DNA of 64,000 bases from a virus (lineage: Duplodnaviria > Caudoviricetes). Position 1 is the stretch's first letter, and every line of letters starts with the position of its first letter. The stretch lies in IMG/VR virus record IMGVR_UViG_3300020463_000001, positions 128,001-192,000 of that record. The stretch is one strand, 5' to 3'. Position numbers and translations under genes: made by a program. This document shows positions 63,929 through 64,000 of this stretch, one piece after another. The notes beneath the pieces are model-generated. The model saw nothing but the letters and a program-made list of their open reading frames with translations, ran no database searches and had not been told where the DNA came from.

Positions 63929-64000
<72 letters not shown>

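Overview
A 64-kb segment of a T4-like myophage genome. It is AT-rich, every credible gene is on the + strand, and it reads normally in genetic code 11. Gene order: (i) tail/head morphogenesis gp18-gp23; (ii) three paralogous beta-propeller structural proteins where T4 has gp24/hoc; (iii) gp3, uvsY, uvsW, gp55, gp47, gp46; (iv) an inserted, translationally coupled cassette of an RHH protein, a C5-cytosine MTase with Arg replacing the motif X Asn, a PD-(D/E)xK-like protein and a CmoA-like carboxy-SAM synthase, probably a DNA carboxymethylation system; (v) a VWA/zincin + MoxR pair and replication genes gp45, gp44, gp62, regA, hsp20, gp43, uvsX, gp41; (vi) a late-promoter cluster (39.1-47.8 kb) whose proteins carry T4 internal-protein-like capsid-targeting N-termini and repeated acidic putative gp21 cleavage sites, including a 960-aa apparent polyprotein; (vii) a 1491-aa repeat-rich fibre, spanin-like lysis genes, primase, NrdA, a Grx-NrdB fusion, a RuvC-like protein, a DenV-like protein, RNase H, small genes and tRNA-Asn at the right edge. 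T4 late promoters (TATAAATA) and sigma70-type promoters (TTGACA-N17-TAnnnT) are readable. Other signals are a probable ORF-less late small RNA after gp23 and apparent avoidance of GGWCC. The spanins imply a Gram-negative host, but the host cannot be named. All family assignments come from motif recognition by eye; no database searches were run.
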